Below, one piece after another: positions 1-12,151 of a stretch of 64,000 nucleotides of DNA (position 1 is its first letter; every line of letters starts with the position of its first letter). Both the position numbers and the translations under genes were made by a program. A model generated the notes under the pieces. That model was not told where the DNA came from. It did not search any database and was given only the letters and a program-made list of their open reading frames with translations. This DNA is from an uncultured Bacilli bacterium (GTDB taxonomy: Bacteria; Bacillota_I; Bacilli_A; RF39; UBA660): the NCBI GenBank assembly GCA_944358535.1, contig CALVRH010000002.1:27840-91839 (forward strand), in the 5' to 3' direction.

Positions 1-9
1 CTTGCAGCA

Positions 10-957
10 TTATACCACTCCTTCTAAACTCATTATTAGTTTATCCATTAGTAAATTAGTATTAATATTATATTTTATTAAGTCTTTTAATTCAACTAAT
101 TTATTTATTTTTTGACATAGTTCATTAATATCATTATTTTTTGAAATATTTTTTATATCATCATTTGGCGTAAAAATTTCTGATGGCTTATTTAATGAAT
201 AATTTAAAATATCTTTATAATAGTTTATCATTATTTCAAAGGCCATTTCAAATTCTTCTTTACTTGTTATATATTCATTCCAAAGTTTTCCTATATATAA
301 CATTGTATTTAAATGATTTTTTTCATAGTAGTTAACAAAGTCAATGATTTTAGATATTTTGTTTGTAACTACTTCATCATCTATTTCTTTATTTGAACCA
401 ATAGTTATTTGTTTTAATTTTTCAATGGTGGAAAGTTTTTCTTTTGAAATATCAGTGGATTTTAATTTTAGAATTTGACATCTAGATCTAATGGTAGAAA
501 GAACATTATATATGTTATCAGCTAATAAAATTGCTACTAAGTTATTATCTGGTTCTTCTAGAAATTTTAAGATAGAGTTTGCTGAGGATTTATTTAATCT
601 ATCTGCTTTTGTTATAATATAAACTCTTTTGTTACCAATTAAAGCTTTAGTATTGAATTCTTTTTGAAGGTTTTGAAGTTGTTCTTTTTTTACCCATAGA
701 CCATCAGGTTTAATTATTTCAATTTCTGGAAAGTTTCCTGAATCTATTACTTCGCATTGATGACAATTTCCACAATTTTCTTTCGCTAATTTTTTTAATG
801 GGCAAAGAAGAGATTTAACAAATGACATTGTAAAATTTATTGAATCATAAAAACCGCCTGTTTCTATTAAATAGGCGTGAGAGCATTTATCATTTAAAAT
901 AGCATTTTTTAATATTTTATAGACAATTGGTTGGGAATTTTTATAACTATCTAACAT
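10..957 (-). CDS. holB: DNA polymerase III subunit delta' (clamp loader)
   Basis: 315-aa ORF with AAA+ clamp-loader layout: HAYLIETGG, Cys-rich module CGNCHQC and sensor motif IRSRCQ. Lies downstream of dnaX-ybaB-recR as in Bacillus. Confidence 0.8.
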   Translation of the reverse strand: MLDSYKNSQPIVYKILKNAILNDKCSHAYLIETGGFYDSINFTMSFVKSLLCPLKKLAKENCGNCHQCEVIDSGNFPEIEIIKPDGLWVKKEQLQNLQKEFNTKALIGNKRVYIITKADRLNKSSANSILKFLEEPDNNLVAILLADNIYNVLSTIRSRCQILKLKSTDISKEKLSTIEKLKQITIGSNKEIDDEVVTNKISKIIDFVNYYEKNHLNTMLYIGKLWNEYITSKEEFEMAFEIMINYYKDILNYSLNKPSEIFTPNDDIKNISKNNDINELCQKINKLVELKDLIKYNINTNLLMDKLIMSLEGVV

Positions 958-969
958 CTTTAAATCCTC

Positions 970-1167
970 CTAATATACTATAAGTCTTATAATAATTAAA
1001 AAAATAAATGCGGGGATACTGAAAATAGTAATAAGTAAAACGGTTATTAAATTAATAGGAATAATAGCGGTTGCTGGAACGATAACATTATATCCATATA
1101 ACATGAAAAAACTCATTATAAATTTTTTTAACATTTTAAATAATTTATTAAGCATGAAACACCTCAA
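970..1167 (-). CDS. small integral membrane protein, possibly BofA-family
   Basis: 65-aa ORF with two hydrophobic helices. IPINLITVLLITIFSIPAFIFLIII resembles the BofA segment VPINLVTTAISGILGIPG. Position after recR matches Bacillus bofA. Start codon uncertain. Confidence 0.4.
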   Translation of the reverse strand: MRCFMLNKLFKMLKKFIMSFFMLYGYNVIVPATAIIPINLITVLLITIFSIPAFIFLIIIRLIVY

Positions 1168-1193
1168 TAAATTATATAATTTTACATGCTATT

Positions 1194-1793
1194 TTATGAG
1201 ATGGTTGTTCTATCTTCAATGGCCATTTCTAAGGTTAGAGGATCGATGTAATCAATGTCTGCTCCTAGTGGAATTCCATGGGCTATTTTTGAAATTTTTA
1301 CGTCAGTTCCTTCTAATAATTTTCTTATATATAAAGCAGTAGTTTCACCTTCAACACTTGGTTTTATGGCAAGTATTACTTCTTTAATATTTTCATTTTT
1401 AATTCTATTAATTAATTTGTCAATATGAATATCTTCAGGATTTATTCCTTCTAATGGAGAAATTAATCCTCCTAAAACATAGTATATGCCTTTAAATGAA
1501 CCTATTTTTTCAAAGAGAATAACATTCTTGCATTCTTCAACAACACAAATAGTTGATGTATCTCTAGATTTATCAGTGCATATTTGACATAGATTTTCTT
1601 CTGTTAAACTACCACATTTAGAACATTTTTTTATTTTTGTTTTACTATCATTTAATGATTTACTGAATAGGTCAATTATGTTATTATCCATGTTTAAAGT
1701 TGATAGAGCAAGTCTTTCAGCAGTTTTTTCACCGATGCCTGGAAATTTTTTAAAGCATTCGATTAAGTTTAATATTGTTTTTGGATAATTCAT
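1194..1793 (-). CDS. recR: recombination protein RecR
   Basis: 199 aa with HhH N-terminus, C4 zinc finger CSKCGSLTEENLCQIC and a Toprim domain. Overlaps the ybaB stop. Confidence 0.92.
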   Translation of the reverse strand: MNYPKTILNLIECFKKFPGIGEKTAERLALSTLNMDNNIIDLFSKSLNDSKTKIKKCSKCGSLTEENLCQICTDKSRDTSTICVVEECKNVILFEKIGSFKGIYYVLGGLISPLEGINPEDIHIDKLINRIKNENIKEVILAIKPSVEGETTALYIRKLLEGTDVKISKIAHGIPLGADIDYIDPLTLEMAIEDRTTIS

Positions 1794-2089
1794 TAGAATA
1801 GACCTGGCATTCCTTTAGTATATTTTCCCATTTTTTGTTCTGTTTCATTATCTATTTGGTGATTGGCGTCATTTATCGCAACTAAAATCATGTCTTGTAG
1901 CATTTCTATGTCATCTTTGTCTAGCTTTTCAGCGTCAATTTTTACTTCTACTACTTCTTTAGTCCCTTTAACTTTAACTGTTACGAGAGATGATTTACCT
2001 TCAAAAGTTTTTTCATCTATTTCTTTTTTTTCTTTTAACATATCATTTTGTAATTTTTGGGCTTGTTTCATCATTGCTTGTATATTCAT
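1793..2089 (-). CDS. ybaB: nucleoid-associated protein YbaB/EbfC
   Basis: 98 aa, starts MMKQAQKLQ and ends MPGLF. Conserved dnaX-ybaB-recR context. Confidence 0.88.
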   Translation of the reverse strand: MNIQAMMKQAQKLQNDMLKEKKEIDEKTFEGKSSLVTVKVKGTKEVVEVKIDAEKLDKDDIEMLQDMILVAINDANHQIDNETEQKMGKYTKGMPGLF

Positions 2090-2107
2090 TTTATTTCCTT
2101 CTTTCTA

Positions 2108-3865
2108 TTAATTGTATTCTATTATATCTTCAAACATTGATTCAATATTGTTTTTTGAATCATCTTCTTTAAAGATATCTTCTAATTTAAATTGTTCTTC
2201 TTTATAAATAAATGGTCTTAATTTATGATTAAAATCATTTTTAATTATTTCCCATTCATCTAAATTAGTTGCAATTAAATTATATTTTTTATTTAAAATT
2301 TTTTCAATAGTTTCTTCGAGAATTGGTAAATTTTCATTAAATAAGTCAGATAATCTATTTGTTTTAAAAACAAATATTAAATTTTCATCACTTGCAGCTT
2401 TTAAGGTACCATCTAAAATAATAGATGCTGAATGACTATATTCTGGGTCTAGTAATAAATCATTTAATAGTTCTAATGACGGGGTGATGTTTCTAACTTC
2501 TTGTTTGCTAAATTTAGCAAGCGTATTATCAATTCTAATTTGTTTTATTTTTTCAATATTATTTTTTAAGTTTTTGTTGATTTTTGGAATTTTTGGAGGT
2601 GTTTTAACTAATTCTTGAGTTGGTTTGTCGATTTCAACATTTTTTTTGTTTGGTTTTTGTTCGTTATTTTCGTTTTTATCATTAGAGTTTTCCACATTTT
2701 TTATTTGATTTTGTGGATAACTAACTATTTTTACTGAATTTTCATAATTTTTTTGTTCTAAACGTGCTTGTTCTGTGTTTTTTTCCACTATTTGTTGTTT
2801 TTTTTCAGAAATTATTTTAATAAGAGCTAATTCAAATAGTAATTTACTATTTGTATTATTTTTCATTTCAAAAGAGTATTTATTTAGTGTTTCAATGATT
2901 GTAAAAAGTTGATCTATATTAATTTTTGAAGAAATATTTTTATAAGTTTCAATATTTTTAGTATTTTCTTTAAAATAATTAGGTGCTTCTATAAATAAAA
3001 TAGTATTTCTTATAAATTCAATAAATTCTTCAATTAATTTAACAAAATCTTTTCCTTTATCATTATAGTTATCAATTTTTTTTAATATTTGATCTAATTT
3101 ATTATCTATTATGTTTTCTAATAGTTCACTTAGGTCTTCTTCGGTTAAAGTTCCGTTAATGTCATGAATATCATTTATGGTTATTTTTCCTTCGGTATAA
3201 GCTCTAGCTTGGTCAAGCATTCCGACAGAATCTCTCATTCCACCATCAGATAATTTTGCAATTTCATATAAGGCATTTTGATCAATATCTATTTCTTCTT
3301 TTTTGGCAATTTTACTAAGGTTTTCCACAATTGCATCATTGGTTATTTTTTTAAAATCTAATCTTTGACATCTAGATAGAATTGTTTCTAATACTTTGTG
3401 TGGATCTGTGGTGGCTAGAATAAATATTACATGAGCAGGGGGTTCTTCTAATGTTTTTAATAGGGCATTAAAGGCTCCTTGAGTAAGCATATGTACTTCA
3501 TCTATGATGTAAACTTTATATTTTCCATAAGCTGGTAATAAATTTATTTTATTTCTTAATTCTCTTATTTCATCGACACCATTATTACTAGCAGCATCAA
3601 TTTCAATAATATCGCTATTGTTTTCTTCTAAACAACTTACACATTTTCCACATGGCTTGCAATCTACGGGATGTTCACAGTTAATTATTTTAGCAAAGAT
3701 TTTGGCGATGCTGGTTTTACCAGTTCCTCTTGGACCAGCAAATAGGTAAGCATGGTTTATTTGATTATTTAGTATTGAGTTTTTTATAATTTTTACGATG
3801 ACATCTTGTCCACAGACATCATCGAGGGTTTTTGGTCTGTATTTTCTATATAATGCTTGATACAT
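2108..3865 (-). CDS. dnaX: DNA polymerase III subunit tau (gamma/tau)
   Basis: 585 aa with Walker A GPRGTGKTS, zinc module CGKCVSC, Walker B IIDEVHML and sensor SRCQRLDF, followed by a Lys/Asn-rich linker and C-terminal domain. Confidence 0.93.
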   Translation of the reverse strand: MYQALYRKYRPKTLDDVCGQDVIVKIIKNSILNNQINHAYLFAGPRGTGKTSIAKIFAKIINCEHPVDCKPCGKCVSCLEENNSDIIEIDAASNNGVDEIRELRNKINLLPAYGKYKVYIIDEVHMLTQGAFNALLKTLEEPPAHVIFILATTDPHKVLETILSRCQRLDFKKITNDAIVENLSKIAKKEEIDIDQNALYEIAKLSDGGMRDSVGMLDQARAYTEGKITINDIHDINGTLTEEDLSELLENIIDNKLDQILKKIDNYNDKGKDFVKLIEEFIEFIRNTILFIEAPNYFKENTKNIETYKNISSKINIDQLFTIIETLNKYSFEMKNNTNSKLLFELALIKIISEKKQQIVEKNTEQARLEQKNYENSVKIVSYPQNQIKNVENSNDKNENNEQKPNKKNVEIDKPTQELVKTPPKIPKINKNLKNNIEKIKQIRIDNTLAKFSKQEVRNITPSLELLNDLLLDPEYSHSASIILDGTLKAASDENLIFVFKTNRLSDLFNENLPILEETIEKILNKKYNLIATNLDEWEIIKNDFNHKLRPFIYKEEQFKLEDIFKEDDSKNNIESMFEDIIEYN

Positions 3866-3942
3866 CTTATCACCTCTATCTGTTTTATTATATCATATTT
3901 ATCCACAAAAAAAGGAAATAAGTTAGTGTATTTTTTGTTTAG

Positions 3943-4350
3943 TTACTTATTTCTTTTTGTTTTGAAAAAGTTTTTTAATAATTGAGAAGCTTTTTCCACA
4001 TTTTTTAATTGAATCATTGTAGGTTCTTTAAGGTTTGATTTTTTTTCTTGAGATGCAGCATAAATTACTTTTGATATTCTTGCCTGTTTTATTGTTTCTA
4101 AACACATTTTACATGGTTCTAGAGTCACATATAAAGTACAGTTGTCTAAGTGCCATGTTTTTTTCTTTTTACAGGCCTTTTCAATAGCATTTATTTCAGC
4201 ATGTCTTGTAATCATGTGAGTTTTTTCTCTTGTGTTATGTGCTTTAGCAATTATTTTATTGTTTTCTACTATGACTGCACCAATTGGAACATCATCTGTT
4301 TTTAAACTTTTTTTTGCTTCATTTAGGGCTATTTCTATGTATTTTTCCAT
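3943..4350 (-). CDS. tadA: tRNA-specific adenosine deaminase
   Basis: CDA-fold zinc motifs HAEINAI and PCKMC. ATG at 4350 is preceded by AGGTGG; the ORF-track GTG at 4359 overlaps that SD. Confidence 0.9.
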   Translation of the reverse strand: MEKYIEIALNEAKKSLKTDDVPIGAVIVENNKIIAKAHNTREKTHMITRHAEINAIEKACKKKKTWHLDNCTLYVTLEPCKMCLETIKQARISKVIYAASQEKKSNLKEPTMIQLKNVEKASQLLKNFFKTKRNK

Positions 4351-4370
4351 TATTACCACCTAATTAAAAA

Positions 4371-4443
4371 GGTACACACATTTAGAGGACCTTAAGGCTG
4401 CTATCTTCCGATTCTGACCTGGTTCAGCCATAAATGTTGTACC
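4371..4443 (-). ncRNA. ffs: small (4.5S-type) signal recognition particle RNA
   Basis: Reverse complement reads GGTACAACATTTATGGCTGAACCAGGTCAGAATCGGAAGATAGCAGCCTTAAGGTCCTCTAAATGTGTGTACC. It has the conserved helix-8 core CCAGGTCAG..CGGAAG..GCAGCC and a closing stem GGTACA/TGTACC. The locus next to tadA-dnaX matches the Bacillus scr neighbourhood. Ends approximate. Confidence 0.75.
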
Positions 4444-4605
4444 GATAATATAATATAATATTTTTTATAAAATTACAATTGTTTTTAATAAAAACAGTGT
4501 TTTTCCACAGTATTTTTTTTGATGATTTACATAGAATATAAAAAAATTTGCTATATATTTATGTGTATTAAATACATTTTTATTAATTTATACTGAATTA
4601 AATCA

Positions 4606-5924
4606 ATGTTTCACGTGAAACATTGTTATTACCTATATTTAAATTTTTTTACGTTTATTACAATTTAATAAAACATAATTATTTTGGCTTTTACTTGTTT
4701 TAAATAAATATTATTTGTTAATTTTGAAATTTTAAGTTGTAATTTTTTTATGTGATATATCCTATGTTTCACGTGAAACATTAAGTCTTTAAAAACTTTT
4801 TTTTAATATCAAGATTATATTTGATATTATATTATTTATATTAATAAAAAAAGGGGTTAATCAAAATAACTAATAAAAAGTAATGTATTTTAATAAATAA
4901 AAGGATAATTTAATTTAAATATATTAATTATATAATAACGTATAATATTGTTTATCATTTATAAAGTATAACAGATCAAAAATAGAAAACAATGTTTCAC
5001 GTGAAACATTGCATACCAGTATTTAAGTTTTAGTGGTTTATTGCAATTTGATAAAATATTCTTAATAAAACAAAACATAATCATTTTAGTTATTAATTGT
5101 TTTAAATAAATAATATTTATAAATTTTTAGATTTTAAGTTGTAATTCTTTTATGTGATATATTCTATGTTTCACGTGAAACATTAAGCCTGTGGAAAACT
5201 TTTTTATAAATATCAAGATTATATTTGATATTATATTATTTATATTAATAAATAAGGGTGTTTTACTTAAAATAACTAATAAAAAAACAATAATATATTT
5301 TAATAAATATAAGAATTTAATTTAAATATATTAATTATATAATAACGTATAATATTGTTTATTAGTTACAAGTATAACAAAAACAAAATAATAAACAATG
5401 TTTCACGTGAAACATTGTTTATTACCAGTATTTGAATTTTTAGTTATTTGTAGCATTTTAATAAAATATATTTATTTTAATTTTTATTTTAATTTAAATA
5501 AATATAATCTATTAATTTTAAAATATAAATTTAAAATTTTTGTATAATTATTTATCTTATGTTTCACGTGAAACATTAAGTCTGTGGAAAACTTTTTTTA
5601 TATTAAATATTTTTTACAAATAATATTTTATATTTTATATTTTATATCTTATTATTTTTTATTTAAAATTGAACAATGTTTCACGTGAAACATTGCATAC
5701 CAGTATTTAAGTTTTTAACGGTTTATTGCAATTTGATGAGAATATTTTTATAAAATATAATTATTTTGACTTTTACTTGTTTTAAATAAATAATATCTAT
5801 TATTTTTTGTTATCAATTTACATTTTCTTATGTGATATATCTATGTTTCACGTGAAACATTCACAAAAAAACGGTTTTGACACCGTTTTTAATTATACCT
5901 TTTTATATGTTTCACGTGAAACAT
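4606..5924. repeat. array of nine perfect parS sites inside a higher-order tandem repeat
   Basis: Exact 18-bp palindrome ATGTTTCACGTGAAACAT at 4606-4623, 4764-4781, 4992-5009, 5166-5183, 5398-5415, 5559-5576, 5676-5693, 5843-5860 and 5907-5924. The inner 16 bp equals the Bacillus parS consensus TGTTNCACGTGAAACA. Flanks alternate between two conserved types. Confidence 0.9.
5863..5890 (-). terminator. rho-independent terminator of gyrA
   Basis: Minus strand reads AAAACGGT-GTCAAA-ACCGTTTT followed by a T-run. Lies 40 bp after the gyrA stop, with one parS between stop and hairpin. Confidence 0.7.
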
Positions 5925-5927
5925 TGA

Positions 5928-8402
5928 TTATTCTTCTGAATTGTTTTCATTTTTTTGATTTTCAGAATCACTATTATCTTCTGATTCTTCTTTTATTAAT
6001 AAAGCTATACTACTTACTGTTTGGTTGTCTTTTAAATTGATTAATCTAACACCTTGGGCAACTCTTCCTGTTGTAGAAATTTGCTCGATTGGTAGTCTTA
6101 TTATTATTCCACTATTGGTAATTATCATTAAATCTTCATTACCTTTAACTATTTTGAATGAAACTATATTACCGTTTTTTTCGGTTATATTTAAGGCTTT
6201 AACACCTTTGCTACCACGATGTGTCATACGATATTCCTCAATATTTGTACGTTTTCCATAGCCTTTTTCTGTAACAACTAATATTTGTTCATTTGGATTG
6301 GCTATTTCACATCCAACACATTTACCATCGCCAAGATCTATACCTTTGACACCAGAAGCAGTTCTACCCATTATTCTAATTTCATTTTCATTAAATCTAA
6401 TCATACGACCATTTGAAGATGCAATTACTATTTCGTTTTCCCCATTTGTTTTCTTTACAGAAATTAATTGATCATTTTCTTTTAAAGAAATAGCAAGTTT
6501 TCCACTTTTTCTAATATTTTTGAATTCTTCAATAGCGGTTCGCTTTATTAATCCATTTTGTGTACAAAATACAATATTTTTATTTTCTTCATTTTGATTA
6601 ATTTTCAACATGGCAGTTACTTCTTCACTTTTTTCAAATGGCAATAAATTAACAATTGGTAAACCTTTTGATTGACGACTGTATTGTGGTATTTCATAAC
6701 CTTTTACTCTGTATGCTTTACCTTTATTAGTGAAGAACATTAAGTAATCATGAGTTGTCATTGATATAAGTGTTTCTACAAAGTCATCTTCATTAGTACT
6801 CATACCTTTGATACCAACACCACCGCGATTTTGTGTTTTATATGTTTCACTGGTCATACGTTTAATATAACCTTTATTTGTTAGTGTTACAACGATGTTT
6901 TCCACAGGTATGAGTGATTCATCCTCAATATAGTCAATTGCTGTCATATCTATGTTTGTACGTCTTTCATCACTATATTTATTCTTGATTTCTATCATTT
7001 CTTGTTTTATAATTTCTAAAACTTTAGCTTCTGATGCTAGAATTTCATTATAATATTTGATTTTTTCTAGTAAATCTTTTAACTCAGCTTCGATTTTTTC
7101 TCTTTCTAGGCCAGTTAAACGACGTAGTTTTAATTCTAGAATAGCTTCTGCTTGGACTTCAGTTAAACTATATTTAGCAATTAACTTAGTTTTTGCTTCT
7201 ACATCAGTTTTAGCATCTCTAATAATTTGAATAAAATCATCAATATTATCAAGAGCTATTTTATAACCTTCTAAGATATGAACTCTCTTTTCAGCTTTAT
7301 CTAAATCAAATCTTGTTCTTCTAATAATAACTTCTTTTTGATAATCAACATATTTTGAAATAATATCTTTTAACCCTAAAGTTCTTGGAGTATTATTATC
7401 AAGCATTAATAGAATAATTCCATATGTTGTTTGAAATTGGGTGTGTTTATATAAGTTATTCAAAACAACTTGTGGATTGGCATCTTTCTTTAATGTGATA
7501 GTTATTTTAATACCATTTTTTAAATCTGTATGATAGTCTGAGATACCATCAATTACTTTACTATGGACAAGTTCAGCTACTTTATCTTTTAAGTCTGAAG
7601 TATTTACACCATATGGAACTTCGTCGATAATAATGTAATGGCGACCATTTTTTTCTTCAATTGTAGCTTTACTTCTAATTGTAATTGTTCCACGACCTGT
7701 TTCATAGGCTTTTTTAATACCACTATTACCTAGAATAGTTGCACCGGTAGGAAAGTCTGGTCCTTTAATATACTGCATTAATCCATCGGTATCAATGTCT
7801 GGATTATCAATATAAGCAATACATCCATCAATTACTTCACCTAAATTATGCGGCGGAATATTGGTTGCCATACCAACAGCGATACCCATTGTTCCATTAA
7901 CTAAAATATTAGGGAAACGAGAAGGTAAAACAGTTGGTTCTTTTCTTGTTTCATCATAGTTTGTAGTGAAATCCACAGTATTTTTATTAATATCTCTTAA
8001 TAATTCTAAAGATATTTTGGCTAATCTTGATTCGGTATAACGCATGGCAGCGGCACCATAGCCTTCAATATTACCAAAATTTCCATGGCCATCAATTAAT
8101 GGGTAACGATAACTAAAGTCTTGTGCCATACGAACCATAGCTTCATAGATACTTGAATCACCATGTGGGTGATAATTACCCATTACTTCTCCGACAGTTT
8201 TTGCACTTTTCTTATGTGGTTTATCTGGGGTGTATCCAGATTCATACATTGAATATAAAATACGTCGATGTACAGGCTTTAAACCATCTCTTAAGTCGGG
8301 CAAAGCTCTTGATTTGATGACACTCATGGAATATTCAATAAATGATGATTCTATTTCATTTACAATGTTATTTTCTTCTAATCTATCTCTTGTATGATCC
8401 AT
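5928..8402 (-). CDS. gyrA: DNA gyrase subunit A
   Basis: 824 aa with [17 protein letters not shown], active-site region AAMRYTE and C-terminal beta-pinwheel repeats. Confidence 0.97.
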   Translation of the reverse strand: MDHTRDRLEENNIVNEIESSFIEYSMSVIKSRALPDLRDGLKPVHRRILYSMYESGYTPDKPHKKSAKTVGEVMGNYHPHGDSSIYEAMVRMAQDFSYRYPLIDGHGNFGNIEGYGAAAMRYTESRLAKISLELLRDINKNTVDFTTNYDETRKEPTVLPSRFPNILVNGTMGIAVGMATNIPPHNLGEVIDGCIAYIDNPDIDTDGLMQYIKGPDFPTGATILGNSGIKKAYETGRGTITIRSKATIEEKNGRHYIIIDEVPYGVNTSDLKDKVAELVHSKVIDGISDYHTDLKNGIKITITLKKDANPQVVLNNLYKHTQFQTTYGIILLMLDNNTPRTLGLKDIISKYVDYQKEVIIRRTRFDLDKAEKRVHILEGYKIALDNIDDFIQIIRDAKTDVEAKTKLIAKYSLTEVQAEAILELKLRRLTGLEREKIEAELKDLLEKIKYYNEILASEAKVLEIIKQEMIEIKNKYSDERRTNIDMTAIDYIEDESLIPVENIVVTLTNKGYIKRMTSETYKTQNRGGVGIKGMSTNEDDFVETLISMTTHDYLMFFTNKGKAYRVKGYEIPQYSRQSKGLPIVNLLPFEKSEEVTAMLKINQNEENKNIVFCTQNGLIKRTAIEEFKNIRKSGKLAISLKENDQLISVKKTNGENEIVIASSNGRMIRFNENEIRIMGRTASGVKGIDLGDGKCVGCEIANPNEQILVVTEKGYGKRTNIEEYRMTHRGSKGVKALNITEKNGNIVSFKIVKGNEDLMIITNSGIIIRLPIEQISTTGRVAQGVRLINLKDNQTVSSIALLIKEESEDNSDSENQKNENNSEE

Positions 8403-8412
8403 AAGTTACCTC

Positions 8413-11453
<3,041 letters not shown>

Positions 11454-11595
11454 GTTTTACATCACTACCCATTTTTAAGCTATTAATTTTTAAATTATAG
11501 TGTCTAGCATACTCCTATACCTCATTACCATTATACCACAAAATGGGCTTAAAAACGCAAAAATAGACGAAATAACGTCTATTTTATATTTCTTT

Positions 11596-12048
11596 TTATG
11601 AATTTTTTCGATTTTTTAAAATTAATAGTAATTTTGTAGCTCTTAATACTTGATTTTCAAAAGATTCATAGGATATATTTAAATCAATTTGATGGTTTGT
11701 TTTGAATAAAATAGTTACTTTATTTCCATTTTTCTTATAATCAGAAATGTTTTTTAAAGATATCCAAGCACATTCATTATTTTTATATGATGTGGTTGGA
11801 AATAATATTATTTCTCTTGTTTCTTCAACAATTATAGGTAATTTATATTTACTTCCTAGAACTGTTTTGGCACCTTCTAATCTTCCTTTGAATGAACTAC
11901 CGTAATATGAACAACTATAATCAATAAGTTTATTAATTGGATATTCAATATTTGTTATTCCATTAATATCAATTATGGTTGTGGAAAAGTTATTTTCAGT
12001 TATTAAAGCGCAGGTAGTACTATTAATTTCATATGTTTTTGTATTCAT
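11596..12048 (-). CDS. comK: ComK-family competence transcription factor-like protein
   Basis: Matches B. subtilis ComK blocks: SCSYYGSSFKGR (SCRFFGSSYAGR), KLPIIV..ILFPTTSYKNNECAWIS and ISYESFENQVLR (ISYNSFENQVYR). ATG at 12048 follows AGGGAGGA. Confidence 0.75.
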   Translation of the reverse strand: MNTKTYEINSTTCALITENNFSTTIIDINGITNIEYPINKLIDYSCSYYGSSFKGRLEGAKTVLGSKYKLPIIVEETREIILFPTTSYKNNECAWISLKNISDYKKNGNKVTILFKTNHQIDLNISYESFENQVLRATKLLLILKNRKNS

Positions 12049-12151
12049 AATTCCTCCCTTTGTCAAATGACATATCTCTTATACTCATTTTATAGGTCGA
12101 ATTTTGTTACTTTTTGTCATATAAAGGGAATTTTTAAAAAAAAAGAACTTT

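Noticed and set aside
1-12. Possible start of a further minus-strand gene overlapping the holB stop (ATG at 10-8)
   Set aside because: Only three codons lie within the window, so it cannot be supported.
4604-5925. Regularly spaced short palindromic repeats that could be taken for a CRISPR array
   Set aside because: The repeat is only 18-22 bp. The spacers are themselves repeated (two alternating flank types), spacing is irregular at 64-230 bp, and no cas genes or leader are present. The palindrome is the parS consensus.
5807-6040. 77-aa ORF spanning the last parS sites and the gyrA 3' end
   Set aside because: It overlaps the gyrA terminator and coding end on the opposite strand. It has no SD and its composition is that of AT-rich spacer.
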